This document shows, one piece after another, positions 54,065-63,680 of a stretch of DNA of 64,000 nt (the first letter of the stretch is position 1; every line of letters starts with the position of its first letter). Both the position numbers and the translations under genes were made by a program. The notes below the pieces were generated by a model that was not told the origin of the DNA, did not search any database, and worked only from the letters and a program-made list of their open reading frames with translations. The stretch is from Terriglobales bacterium (GTDB lineage Bacteria > Acidobacteriota > Terriglobia > Terriglobales > Acidobacteriaceae): contig JBASRS010000029.1 in the NCBI GenBank assembly GCA_049273945.1, positions 1,241 through 65,240 on the forward strand. The letters are read 5' to 3'.

Positions 54065-54472
54065 TTACAGTTTCAGCAGTCTGTCAAAAAATGAACGATA
54101 GCGCTGGAGGGCAACCCGCAGGTCCTCCGTGGACACGCTGTCGCCGTGGTCCCACTGCTTTTCCAAGCCCCATCGCTCGTTGGCAAAGCCTTCGGCGAGC
54201 CGTTGCATTATCGAAGCGACCAGCTTGTCTGCGTCTTCGACCGCCCGGCGCGGCTCGTCCACGAAACCAGTCTGCAGGTTGCTCCACTGCGATCGGAAAT
54301 CTTTCATCAGCGATTCAGAAAACAAGGGCATGGGCTCTGAGACTGCAGCTGCCGTATCCCGAGTTTCCGGCTCTTGGCCTTTTACCAGCATGGGTCCGTC
54401 AGGCTGCTTGGGCGGAGTGCTCGCCACTTCGGCCGTGATCACACCCTCCTCTTTTGTCATCAGTTCCGCCAT
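54065..54472 (-). CDS. hypothetical protein, paralog B of a tandem pair
   Basis: ...FRSQWSNLQTGFVDEPRRAVEDADKLVASIMQRLAEGF...STEDLRVALQRYRSFFDRLL shares W..Q..FVD.P..AV..AD.LV and TEDLR.A...YRS.F..L blocks with the upstream gene. The TAATG junction overlaps it by 1 nt. Confidence 0.6.
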   Translation of the reverse strand: MAELMTKEEGVITAEVASTPPKQPDGPMLVKGQEPETRDTAAAVSEPMPLFSESLMKDFRSQWSNLQTGFVDEPRRAVEDADKLVASIMQRLAEGFANERWGLEKQWDHGDSVSTEDLRVALQRYRSFFDRLLKL

Positions 54473-55050
54473 TACGCCACCTCTTTCCTTTCAACAGCTG
54501 TTGGAACCTGTACCAGTTCCTCAAATAGAGAGCGGTAGTGAATCATCGCCGATCTCAGATCTTCCGTCGTGGCTGCGTCTTTCCCAACCCGCAGCGCAAT
54601 CTCATGCGCAGCCCGGTAGTTCTCCACCACCCGGGGATGGGCGACAGAAATGTCGGCGGCACGTTGATCGAAATCGGATACGGGATAACCACGAGTCTTC
54701 ATTAAAGAGGACACCAGGTCATCGGCCTCTGCGACTGCCCCCTTGGGGGAGTCGACAAAACGAGACTGTACAGACTCCCACCGTTTCGAAAAACGTTCGT
54801 GCTCCATCGGATCAAGATCGCGAATGTTGAGCTTTTCGACCCGCTTCTCTCGATCCGCTAATTTCGCTTCTGCTTTTCGTTCTGACCCATGCTCCCGCAC
54901 GGCCAGCTCGTACTCGCGCCCAAATTTTTGCCGCAGGTTCGAAGTCGTACTCCTGCGTTTGCGCATGTACACCCAAGCAAGCACTGCGATGACCAGAATC
55001 ACCACGGCGGCGAGCACAATCAGCTTCGGATCCATCAGATTTAGATTCAT
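54472..55050 (-). CDS. hypothetical membrane-anchored protein, paralog A of a tandem pair
   Basis: TM helix KLIVLAAVVILVIAVLAWVYM. Then ...FSKRWESVQSRFVDSPKGAVAEADDLVSSLMKTRGY...TTEDLRSAMIHYRSLFEELV. Confidence 0.6.
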   Translation of the reverse strand: MNLNLMDPKLIVLAAVVILVIAVLAWVYMRKRRSTTSNLRQKFGREYELAVREHGSERKAEAKLADREKRVEKLNIRDLDPMEHERFSKRWESVQSRFVDSPKGAVAEADDLVSSLMKTRGYPVSDFDQRAADISVAHPRVVENYRAAHEIALRVGKDAATTEDLRSAMIHYRSLFEELVQVPTAVERKEVA

Positions 55051-55333
55051 TGAGATCTCCGTGCATCAAGAATGTCTACAAAACGAAATTTGTTTACGAA
55101 ATTCCCTGTGCGTCAGAACCTTGTGAATCGCCAGTATCAAACTCTAGGCTCGGGAAAACTGTTCAGAATTGATCGTCTTGTAAATAACTACTATGGCGCC
55201 TAGCCGAAAGTGTGTGCGGAGTGCAGAGCGGGAATCACTCGAGCTACACATCCAGTTATGTACAGGCTTGGGCGATCGCAGCCCACGTGGATCTGGCGGC
55301 GACTCGTTGACTTGTCAATGCTAACGTCCTACC

Positions 55334-55520
55334 ATGCTCACGCGATCGGGCGAAGTCCGCCCATGGTCGGTCACACACTTTCGCACTTACCGTCTCGTCG
55401 AGCAGATCGGCGCTGGTGGCATGGGTGTCGGCTACTGTGCGCAGGGACGAACAACTGGGTCGCGAAGGTCGCCCTTGAGGTTCTCCCTCCGGGAAAGCTG
55501 TCGGGCCACGTTGGACAACT
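55334..55520 (+). pseudogene. Ser/Thr protein kinase, N-terminal stub (about 60 codons) with a frameshift
   Basis: MLTRSGEVRPWSVTHFRTYRLVEQIGAGGMGV (G-loop) is followed in another frame by YCAQDEQLGR-KVALEVLPPGKL (VAIK-type Lys strand). The rest of the kinase is missing and the next gene starts at 55521. Confidence 0.55.
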
Positions 55521-56153
55521 GTGAGACTTCTCGAAACACTCACGGACTTCGTTAGACCAGCAGTACCACAGCAGCCAGGGCTCGCGGCGGTCCTGCGGCA
55601 CTTAGGAGCATTCGGGCTACTCCTTCTCGCGATCGCCGACGGCTCTCCAATCCCAACATTCGCCGGCCCTGACATTCTTACCGCCATACTCGCTGCGCGG
55701 CAGCGCGAACCCTGGTACTACTACGCCGGCGTCGCCACGGTAGGCTCGGTCATCGGCGCCTACATGATGTTCCGAATGGCGCGTAAGGCCGGTTTGGACT
55801 ATCTCAACCGCAAGTTTGGACAGCGCAAGGTCGCCAGACTGTTGAAGTACTTCGAGCGGTGGGGTACGGGCGCTCTGGTCTTTTCTACCGTGGTGCCTTT
55901 TCCCTTCCCTACGAGCGCGTTTTTCGCCGTCGCCGGGGTGTTGGATTATCCTCTTCGGACATTCATCGTGGTCGTGACTTTGGGGCGGGCGGCGCGTTAC
56001 GGCGCCATTGCCGCAATTGCCTCCCACTACGGCCGCCGTTTCGTGGTCGGTCTGCAACATCCTGGGCAACATTCCGGGTGGTTGCTCGCGATTGCCGCCA
56101 CCGTGGTCATGGCGATCGCCGTGGCGCTCGTGCTAAGAAAGAGACTCGAATAG
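55521..56153 (+). CDS. DedA/YqaA-type (VTT/SNARE-associated domain) membrane protein
   Basis: ...GLLLLAIADGSPIPTFAGPDILTAILAAR......YYAGVATVGSVIGAYMMFRMARKAG...LLKYFERWGTGALVFSTVVPFPFPTSAFFAVAGVLDYP. GTG start. Confidence 0.7.
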   Translation: MRLLETLTDFVRPAVPQQPGLAAVLRHLGAFGLLLLAIADGSPIPTFAGPDILTAILAARQREPWYYYAGVATVGSVIGAYMMFRMARKAGLDYLNRKFGQRKVARLLKYFERWGTGALVFSTVVPFPFPTSAFFAVAGVLDYPLRTFIVVVTLGRAARYGAIAAIASHYGRRFVVGLQHPGQHSGWLLAIAATVVMAIAVALVLRKRLE

Positions 56154-56660
56154 ATCTTCCGGCTCACGAATGCGAGGGGTAAATGGCGCGTCGCTCGTCG
56201 TGTGTAAAACCGTCCGAAGAAAACATGGCGCAGCTCTGCTGCTGCTGCGCCACCAGAGGAACAAGCGACCCCGGCGACCTTCTGGGACCGCATAGTTCCT
56301 TCAACGTTCGTCGTTGGAAAGCCAACTTACCAACGGTGCGAATTGGGTGTCTGTTCAACATTGCACACTCTGATCAGATAACGGTGTCGGCTGCTTTCCT
56401 TAGAGCCTTGGTTTGTTTGAGCGCTACCAAATCCATCCTCTTTCCCCACCACCGGGAACCGATGAGACGCATGCTCGAAGTGAGCTTTTTTGCTCAGACT
56501 TCGCCATCTCCGAAATGAGAAAGTTTGCGCCAGAACGATTTGCGAACGAGACGGAGTCTTCAGTACGTTTCGTCCGGAAATCGAACCCTTTCAATCCGCG
56601 CAACCCGCAGCGGTAAGCAACACCGGGCCAGCGAAGGATCATCGGGCAAGAGGAAGCGCA

Positions 56661-57836
56661 ATGCGTATCATCTCCTCCATTCGTTCGACGCTGTTCGCAC
56701 TCGTACTGCTGGCCATGTCGGCAGCAGCCTACGCGCAAATCGGCATATCGATCAGCTTCGCCCCGCCTGAACTGCCCGTCTATGAGCAGCCTCTTTGTCC
56801 TGGCGATGGCTATCTCTGGACGCCCGGGTACTGGGCGTACGCCGACGACGATTACTACTGGGTGCCGGGGACATGGGTGATGGCTCCGGAAGTTGGTTTC
56901 CTGTGGACGCCAGCCTATTGGGGTTGGGGCGGCAACGGTTATGTCTTCTATGACGGCTACTGGGGTCCGCGTGTCGGTTTCTATGGCGGGATCAATTACG
57001 GCTACGGATACTTCGGTGAGGGCTACGAAGGCGGACGTTGGGACCACGACCGGTTTTTCTACAACCGCTCGGTGAACAACGTGAATGTCACTATCATCCA
57101 CAACGTTTACAACACCACCGTTGTCAACCGGACGGTGACCCGGGTCAGCTACAACGGGGGCAATGGCGGGATCAGCGCGCGTCCGAGGCCTGAAGAAGAG
57201 GCGGCGGCACGCGAGAGGCATATCCCGGCGGTAGCCGCTCAAACTCAACATGCACAGGCAGCTCGCACAAACCCGGAGCAGCGGGCTTCCAGGAATCATG
57301 GCACACCGCCAGTCGCTGCTACTCCGAAGCCTGGAGCTCTGAACGACCGGGAAGTCGTCCCCGCCAAAGCGTCAGGGAAGCCTTATAACCCGCCAGCCAA
57401 TCGGTCCGAGGCTCAGCCAGCAGCCAATACTCCGGCGGCGCATCCAGTGAACAGCGGCGCTCACCCAGAGCGGCCTGTGCCGAACGATCAGCCGGAATCG
57501 AAGCGTCCGCCGACAGCCGAGCCGAACACCCGGCCGGACCCCAAGCGTCCGCCGCCAGTTGAGCCGAACAGTCGTCCGGATCGCCCGGACCCCAACCGTG
57601 CGCCGGCAGCGCAGCGGAACGATCGGCCGGAGCCCAATCGGAATGCGCCTGCCGAGCGCCCGCAAGCTTCTCCGAGGAACGAGCCTTTGCCGCCCCAGCA
57701 CGCTCCTTCTACTCCCCCTGCGGAAACGCGGAGTGCGCCGCAGGAACAACAGCGCCCGAAGCCCGCGGCGCGGACGCCGGAAGAGAAGAAGCATCAGGAC
57801 GAACAGCCGAAGAAGGATGAGAAGCCGCCGCAGTAG
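56661..57836 (+). CDS. YXWGXW-repeat secreted protein with a long Pro-rich disordered tail
   Basis: Signal peptide MRIISSIRSTLFALVLLAMSAAAYA. Repeats GYLWTPGYWAY, YYWVPGTWV, GFLWTPAYWGW and YVFYDGYWG. The tail is rich in RP(D/E)PN/K-R-P units. Confidence 0.75.
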   Translation: MRIISSIRSTLFALVLLAMSAAAYAQIGISISFAPPELPVYEQPLCPGDGYLWTPGYWAYADDDYYWVPGTWVMAPEVGFLWTPAYWGWGGNGYVFYDGYWGPRVGFYGGINYGYGYFGEGYEGGRWDHDRFFYNRSVNNVNVTIIHNVYNTTVVNRTVTRVSYNGGNGGISARPRPEEEAAARERHIPAVAAQTQHAQAARTNPEQRASRNHGTPPVAATPKPGALNDREVVPAKASGKPYNPPANRSEAQPAANTPAAHPVNSGAHPERPVPNDQPESKRPPTAEPNTRPDPKRPPPVEPNSRPDRPDPNRAPAAQRNDRPEPNRNAPAERPQASPRNEPLPPQHAPSTPPAETRSAPQEQQRPKPAARTPEEKKHQDEQPKKDEKPPQ

Positions 57837-57854
57837 CGGCTCGGGGTTCCGACT

Positions 57855-58028
57855 ATGTCATTTGGACTTTACGCGATAGGGTTCGCCATCTTGATCGGCG
57901 GACTGACTTACGGCGCGTACCTGTTGCATGTGCCCGCCCAGTGGATTGTCGTGGGCGCGATCGAACTATTGGGAATCGGAATTCTGACCGGCGTAAAGGC
58001 CACGCGTCAGCGAGATCCGGCGAAATAA
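57855..58028 (+). CDS. possible small (57 aa) two-TM membrane protein
   Basis: MSFGLYAIGFAILIGGLTYGAYLLHVPAQWIVVGAIELLGIGILTGVKATRQRDPAK*. It is below the ORF-track size cut-off and starts 19 nt after the upstream stop. Confidence 0.35.
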   Translation: MSFGLYAIGFAILIGGLTYGAYLLHVPAQWIVVGAIELLGIGILTGVKATRQRDPAK

Positions 58029-58042
58029 CGCCCCCGCTTAGA

Positions 58043-58078
58043 GCCCACTCATTCGCACGGGAACACGAATGAGTGGGC
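58043..58078. repeat. REP-like hairpin, CCCAC...GTGGG family (copy H5) at a duplication junction
   Basis: GCCCACTCATTCG-CACGGGAACA-CGAATGAGTGGGC, a 13-bp perfect stem. Confidence 0.8.
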
Positions 58079-58112
58079 CACCACGCACTCCGAGCTCACC
58101 TGGGCCACCCGC

Positions 58113-58472
58113 CGGCCTGTGCCGAACGATCAGCCGGAATCGAAGCGTCCGCCGACAGCCGAGCCGAACACCCGGCCGGAGCCCAAGCGTCCGCCGGCAG
58201 TTGAGCCGAACAGTCGTCCGGATCGCCCGGACCCCAACCGTGCGCCGGCAGCGCAGCCAAACAATCGGCCGGAGCCCAATCGGAATGAGCCTGCTACGCG
58301 GCCGCAAGCTCCTCCGAGGAGCGAGCCTGCGCAGCCCCAGCACACCCCTCCTCCAGCGGAAACGCGGCGCGCGCCGCAGGAACAACAGCACCCGCAGCCC
58401 ACGACGCGGAAGCCGGAAGAGAAGAAGAAGCAGGACGAACAGCCGAAGCGGGACGAGAAGCCGCCACAGTAA
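58113..58472 (+). repeat. direct duplicate of the 3' ~365 bp of the YXWGXW gene (57471-57836); retains the parental frame as ORF 58119-58472
   Basis: Hand alignment gives long identical runs (e.g. CGGCCTGTGCCGAACGATCAGCCGGAATCGAAGCGTCCGCCGACAGCCGAGCCGAACACCCGGCCGGA) with scattered substitutions and in-frame length differences. The copy encodes PNDQPESKRPPTAEPNTRPEPKRPP...EEKKKQDEQPKRDEKPPQ*. Confidence 0.85.
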
Positions 58473-58516
58473 CGGCCTGGTTTTAGACAGAGTTTAATAC
58501 AACGGCATCTGTGAGG

Positions 58517-60355
58517 TTAGGGGACCGACTTCAAGGCCAACTGTGCTGGGGAATACTTTTGCGCTGCCGCCTTCCTAAGCCACCGCGCTCCGACCTCCTG
58601 ATTGACCGACTCTCCGTCGCCCTGCCGATAGCGCAGGCCAAGGTTGTATTGGGCAGCGGCGTTGCCCTCATTTGCCGACTTCGTAACCCACTCTCCGGCT
58701 CTTACGCAGTTTTGCGGAACCAGATGGCCAGTTTCATAGGCCATCCCCAGTAAAAGGGCCGCCGCATCGTCCCCGTACACCGCTCGGCGCCGCAGCCCGG
58801 CAATTTCGTAGCGGCTTAAGGTGTACAGGGCAGACGACACGGCGGGGTCAGTTACCTGCATGTGACTCAATTGGTGCGCAGGAACTGCACCAGAATGCTG
58901 CTGTAAACCTTGGAAGGGTACGCTCGCCGTCGCCAGCTTCACCGCAGCGCTCGTCTCAGAAGTTGCCGCTGCGGCCTTGGAGGGCTGGCTTTCTGTTGTT
59001 CTCAAGAACACAATGACTAGCATGATCAGGAGTGCTGCCACTGGCGCAGCCGCTACGGATAGCGCCCGTCGCTTCAACCTGAGTCCAGCGGGAATGGAGC
59101 TACGCAACGGATTCGTAGCAATGCTAATACCGGGGAGGCGCTCCAAGGTATGCTCCATCGTACTCGACAACCAAAATCTCGCTTTACTAAGGTGTCTGCG
59201 CGCTACATCCGTCAGACCGATCGTTGCCCCAAATGGAGAGTTCTTCTCAATTCTAACGGCGGCAGCCCGTACTCCAACGCGAACCGTCGCAACGATCGCC
59301 GGAGCTGGAATAGGGGTTGATTCTCGTGCAGCGATTGGCTCCGTTCCCAGAGAAGCCGATGGCGACGAATTGTCGCCTGCATCGAGTGGTTGCCCCTTCT
59401 CCTCCCGCACCATTGGATAGACACACGGGTTAAGGTCAGTTCCGTCAATTAATACTTTGAGTGCCGTGGTGCGGTGAAAGTTTTCTAGTACGCCGTCGCC
59501 AGGCGCTTGCGAAATGACTCCCTGGGCCTGGACTGTTGTTAGCTCGGATCCGGGCTCAAGTTCAGTGGCGGGAGAGGGGAGTCCGTTGGGCGACCCATGG
59601 GATTCTCGTTTCTCGCCCTCCGCCAGCACTCTGAGTACGGGCATGAGCTGACCAATTGCCTGCAGCATGGTTGCGCGTTCCAGGCTGACTCTCTGCTTAA
59701 GCTCAGCCTCCGCTGCTTTGCCTAGTGCGTGCGTGATCAATCCAGACAGCAAACGAGCCTGGGTGGCGTCGCGCTCCGCGAACGCATTGAACTCTACGGA
59801 GAACACCGCTAATGCCCCCGCGATGCTCCGCCCGTGATATATGGGTGCAACCAGCAAAGACTTAACAGAGCCTGGATAATGAATGGCGTCATGTGCTGGA
59901 CTCCAATCGTTTGACTCCCGATCGTAAAATGAGTGGTCGTTGGGACCACAGATGGACGCCAGCTTTGATAGCACCTGCTGTCGCAATCCCTCATCGTGGT
60001 CCCCATTCCCCATCCCGGCACGGTAAACAAACTCAGGGCCGGCGAACAGCCACGTGGCGGCTCCGGTGGCTCGGTTCAGTTTCACAGCCAGGCCTACGAC
60101 TCGATTCAAGGCCGCCTCCAAATCAATGGTTCCGGTTTCAATCGCCAGTTGGGCTTCGACAAAATCAGAGAGAGGCTCGGCGTCATCCTGCTCGGGGGCG
60201 AGACCATTCCGGACCTTCTTATTCAGTTGTTGAATGAGCGATGTTGCGGACAAAACCTGCTCGAAAGAGGGCCGATCGAGGGTGATTCGCTGACTCATGT
60301 CGAGACTACCCAGAATTTCAGCGCGCGCCGTTTGTTCTGAACCGGAGTCATCCAA
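58517..60355 (-). CDS. GAF-like N-terminal domain / TM / C-terminal Sel1-repeat protein
   Basis: N-terminal region ...LNRVVGLAVKLNRATGAATWLFAG.EFVYRAGMG...SLLVAPIYHGRSIAGALAVFS (GAF-like). TM helix VAAAPVAALLIMLVIVFL. C-terminal part AALLLGMAYETGHLVPQNCVRAGEWVTKSANEGNAAAQYNLGLRYRQGDG...ARWLRKAAAQ (Sel1 repeats). Confidence 0.65.
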   Translation of the reverse strand: MDDSGSEQTARAEILGSLDMSQRITLDRPSFEQVLSATSLIQQLNKKVRNGLAPEQDDAEPLSDFVEAQLAIETGTIDLEAALNRVVGLAVKLNRATGAATWLFAGPEFVYRAGMGNGDHDEGLRQQVLSKLASICGPNDHSFYDRESNDWSPAHDAIHYPGSVKSLLVAPIYHGRSIAGALAVFSVEFNAFAERDATQARLLSGLITHALGKAAEAELKQRVSLERATMLQAIGQLMPVLRVLAEGEKRESHGSPNGLPSPATELEPGSELTTVQAQGVISQAPGDGVLENFHRTTALKVLIDGTDLNPCVYPMVREEKGQPLDAGDNSSPSASLGTEPIAARESTPIPAPAIVATVRVGVRAAAVRIEKNSPFGATIGLTDVARRHLSKARFWLSSTMEHTLERLPGISIATNPLRSSIPAGLRLKRRALSVAAAPVAALLIMLVIVFLRTTESQPSKAAAATSETSAAVKLATASVPFQGLQQHSGAVPAHQLSHMQVTDPAVSSALYTLSRYEIAGLRRRAVYGDDAAALLLGMAYETGHLVPQNCVRAGEWVTKSANEGNAAAQYNLGLRYRQGDGESVNQEVGARWLRKAAAQKYSPAQLALKSVP

Positions 60356-60921
60356 TTGGCACCTCCTGAATTTCCTTCATCGAAATGGCTCGCGAATTAG
60401 CGGTTTTGAGCGGACAGCAACCCAATTCTGCAAGCAACCTTACCCCAGTTGTTTTACTGACTACTCTGCGCGGAAACACGGTGCGTTCTAGATGCCTCCC
60501 CGTCCCCGTGTTGGTCCCTGGAGTGTTCCAGTTCTCGGAGTCGTTCTGTGATCGCCTCACGCGCCCAGACAATCCGCACCCGCCTTTTATGCATGTCCAA
60601 TTCCACAATGGCAATTATGTCTGTGGCGGACCACTTTTCGTGTCGGCTGGTAAACATGGAATACGCTCGCTGGCACTTCGAAGAAGCTTCCAACAATACA
60701 AACACGCATTCTGACGAGTCTGTTCAATATTGAACACTTACCAGAGCTCCGAAAGTCTCTGACACCAGCGCCCCAAGAAGGACCGCGGGGCGGGTGTTGA
60801 CGCTCTTGCTCGTGAAATTGATCTATTCTGCACAGTATTCCGAAAGGAATTGAGCCAACCTAATTGATGCCGTCCAGACAGAGGACGCAAGATTCCAAAG
60901 AGAGAGTCGGGCCTTTTGTTT

Positions 60922-62253
60922 ATGACGTTCAAGCAGAGAGCTTCATCGCCAGGCGCGATAGCCAAGGGTTGGCAGCGCCTGCTCTTTTTCCGTGTGGCGG
61001 CACTTCTTTTCGTCGTGCTGATGTGCAGCGGTGGTTCGTCCGCCTACTCCGTTCTGACGCACGAGCAAATCGTGGACCTGGCATGGACCGATCAGATCCG
61101 ACCCCTCCTGCTCAAACGCTATCCCGGACTTTCGGAAGAACAGATCCGGGAGGCGCATGCCTACGCTTACGGAGGCGCCGTCATCCAGGATCTCGGCTAC
61201 TACCCATTCGGGAGCACGGAATTCAGCAACCTGGTGCATTACGTCCGCAGCGGAGACTTCGTTCGCGAGCTGCTGCTCGAAAGCCAGGATGTCAACGAGT
61301 ATGCCTTCGCCCTGGGAGCCCTGTCGCACTATGCGTCGGATATCGCCGGCCACCCGGCCGTCAACCAGGCCGTTGCCATTCAATATCCGAAGCTACGCGC
61401 GAAGTTTGGCCAGTCCGTTCGGTATGCCCAGAACAAGACGGCGCATTTGAAGACCGAGTTTGGGTTCGACACGGTGCAGGTCGCGAAGAATCGTTATGCG
61501 TCCGAGCAGTACCACGATTTCATCGGATTCAAAGTGTCCAAGGACCTGCTGGAGCGGGCCTTTCCGGTCGTATATGGAGTGGAGTTGAAAGATGTCCTTA
61601 CCCATGAGGATCTCGCGATCGGCTCGTATCGATTTGCTGTGAGCGAGCTGATTCCACGAATGACCCAGGTCGCGCTGCAAATCCATAAGAAGGAGCTGAT
61701 GCGCGAGACGCCGAATTTTGCGAAGCAGAAGTTCCTCTATCGTCTTTCCCGCTCCAATTATGAAAAGGAGTGGGGAAAGGACTACGTGAAACCGGGTTGG
61801 GGCACGCGGATTTTGTCAACGCTCCTGCGATACATGCCGAAATTTGGTCCCTTTAAAGGGTTAGCGTTCAATCACCCGACTCCGCAAACCGAGGACCTGT
61901 ATATCAAGAGCATCAATACCACCGTCGATCAATACCGCATCTTTCTCGAACAAGTGCGCACGGACACACTGGTGCTGCCCAACTGCGACTTTGACAGCGG
62001 CAAGCCGACCAAGGCAGCGGAATACTCCCTCACGGACGACACCTATGCCAAGTTGCTGGGTCAGCTGTCCGACCGGAAGTTCGAACGGACCTCGCCGGAG
62101 CTGCGCGCCAACATTCTCGACTTTTATTCCGATCTCTCGGCTCTGATCGAGACCAAAAAGGACCAGGATGATTGGAAAAGCGTACTGAGCGAGCTGGACC
62201 AGTTGAAGGCCATGGCGCCGGTGCCGACGGTGGCGGGCAGTCCCGCGCAGTGA
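60922..62253 (+). CDS. zinc-dependent phospholipase C-like family protein, secreted
   Basis: Signal/TM segment LLFFRVAALLFVVLMCSGGSSA. Then YSVLTHEQIVDLAW...AYAYGGAVIQDLGYYPFG...ALGALSHYASDIAGHPAVN has the His/Asp pattern of the Zn-PLC-like superfamily. Assignment is tentative. Confidence 0.6.
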   Translation: MTFKQRASSPGAIAKGWQRLLFFRVAALLFVVLMCSGGSSAYSVLTHEQIVDLAWTDQIRPLLLKRYPGLSEEQIREAHAYAYGGAVIQDLGYYPFGSTEFSNLVHYVRSGDFVRELLLESQDVNEYAFALGALSHYASDIAGHPAVNQAVAIQYPKLRAKFGQSVRYAQNKTAHLKTEFGFDTVQVAKNRYASEQYHDFIGFKVSKDLLERAFPVVYGVELKDVLTHEDLAIGSYRFAVSELIPRMTQVALQIHKKELMRETPNFAKQKFLYRLSRSNYEKEWGKDYVKPGWGTRILSTLLRYMPKFGPFKGLAFNHPTPQTEDLYIKSINTTVDQYRIFLEQVRTDTLVLPNCDFDSGKPTKAAEYSLTDDTYAKLLGQLSDRKFERTSPELRANILDFYSDLSALIETKKDQDDWKSVLSELDQLKAMAPVPTVAGSPAQ

Positions 62254-62385
62254 GAAGCCGCACGCCCTCCCGGACATCTGGTGTCGGCATGTGGACTAAG
62301 CCGTTCACGCGCAACAGATCGACAAACACGGGAACCACCCGGTAGAGCAAACACAACCATGCGCATCGATAGTCTTTCTATCCCG

Positions 62386-63192
62386 ATGAATTTACGACGG
62401 TTCACAATCGCACTCGTGTTGGCAGTTTGCATGGGCGCTGGCGCGCGAGATCAAAGTGTCTCGCTGTCTGCTGCCGACCTCATGAATGAGGTTGTGGCAA
62501 ACGAACTGACGGACCGTGCGCAGCAGCGGAAGTGGATGTATCTGATCGACAAGCGAGCAGGGAGGCAGACCCTCACGCAACAGCAGGTGGACACTAAAGA
62601 CGGCCCCTTTTACCGTTTGATTGCAATTGACGGCACACCGCTCAGCCCGGACCAGCGGCAGCAGGACAACGTGCGCATGGATCGCTTTTTACACGATCCG
62701 AGTCAGCAGTTGAAGAACAAACGAGGATATGACGAAGACGAGCAGAAACTCGAGACGCTGATGCGCCTGATGCCGGAAGCATTTCTTTACGACTACGACG
62801 GCGTCGAGGGAAATCTTGTCAGGCTCAAATTCCGCCCCAACTCCAACTACAATCCACCGACCTACGAAGCCCGGGTGGCGCATAGCCTGGCCGGAACTAT
62901 TCTGATCGATTCGCAGCAGAAACGCCTGGCAAAGCTCTCGGGCCAACTCATAAGCAGGGTGGAATTCGGGTTTGGGTTCTTCGGGCACATCGACAACGGC
63001 GGCACAATGGAGATTGGGCGTATACAGGTCGGACCCTCACAATGGAAGACTGCCCTGATCAATATTCAATTGTCAGGACGTCTGGTGTTCTTCAAGACCA
63101 TCAACAAACAGCAATACGAGACCCGGTCGGATTTCCGTGCGGTTTCCGGGGATCTCAGCCTCTTGGAAGCAAGCCAGCTTCTTGCTCCCTAG
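62386..63192 (+). CDS. hypothetical secreted protein
   Basis: Signal peptide MNLRRFTIALVLAVCMGAGA. The 268-aa soluble domain matches no family I recognise. An alternative start is ATG 62359. Confidence 0.55.
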   Translation: MNLRRFTIALVLAVCMGAGARDQSVSLSAADLMNEVVANELTDRAQQRKWMYLIDKRAGRQTLTQQQVDTKDGPFYRLIAIDGTPLSPDQRQQDNVRMDRFLHDPSQQLKNKRGYDEDEQKLETLMRLMPEAFLYDYDGVEGNLVRLKFRPNSNYNPPTYEARVAHSLAGTILIDSQQKRLAKLSGQLISRVEFGFGFFGHIDNGGTMEIGRIQVGPSQWKTALINIQLSGRLVFFKTINKQQYETRSDFRAVSGDLSLLEASQLLAP

Positions 63193-63287
63193 ATTATTCT
63201 AAAAAATGTGCAAATTTGACCAGTCAGGCCATTATGAGCAGGTCGTACCATCCCGACCGTGAGGCAGTTCTCAACTATTGGAGGCTA

Positions 63288-63680
63288 ATGGTGAATCTCA
63301 AAATTGTGACGGGGATTATTGCATTGTTCATGTTTGCGGGCGCGGCCGGACTGGCTATGGCACAGGACACAACAAAAACCACCCACAAGAAAACGCGGAC
63401 GCTCACGGGCTGTCTTCAGAAAGGCGAGGATGCCAATGAGTACAATCTTACCGCGAAGGGCGGCGGCACCTGGGAGATCAAGAGCGACAGCGTGAAACTC
63501 GACGAACACGTCGGCCATACCGTGAAGATTGTCGGCGTAGTGTCCAATGCCACAGCGCACGGGATGAAGGAAGACGCGAAGGAGGAGATGAAAGAGCACG
63601 GCATGGATAAACACGCCACCGAGCGCGGTCATATGACGGTCACGGATTTGACCATGGTCAGTGACACCTGCAAGAAGTAA
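63288..63680 (+). CDS. hypothetical small secreted protein (His/Lys/Glu-rich C-terminal part)
   Basis: GGAGG at 63280-63284 precedes ATG 63288. Signal peptide MVNLKIVTGIIALFMFAGAAGLAMA. Then ...LTGCLQKGEDANEYNLTAKGGGTWEIKSDSVKLDEHVGHTVKIVGVV... Confidence 0.55.
   Translation: MVNLKIVTGIIALFMFAGAAGLAMAQDTTKTTHKKTRTLTGCLQKGEDANEYNLTAKGGGTWEIKSDSVKLDEHVGHTVKIVGVVSNATAHGMKEDAKEEMKEHGMDKHATERGHMTVTDLTMVSDTCKK

Noticed and set aside
58069-58497. 142-aa ORF (MSGPPRTPSSPGPPAGLCRT...) over the duplicated segment.
   Set aside because: It is an alternative frame of the Pro-rich duplicate. The frame that matches the parental gene is 58119-58472.
60454-60705. 83-aa minus-strand ORF (..HEKWSATDIIAIVELDMHKRRVRIVWAREAITERLRELEHSRDQHG..), considered as an IS3 OrfA / DUF1153-like HTH relic or a small regulator upstream of the GAF-Sel1 gene.
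   Set aside because: The similarity is only a vague pattern match from memory, with no RBS or partner transposase. Left uncalled.
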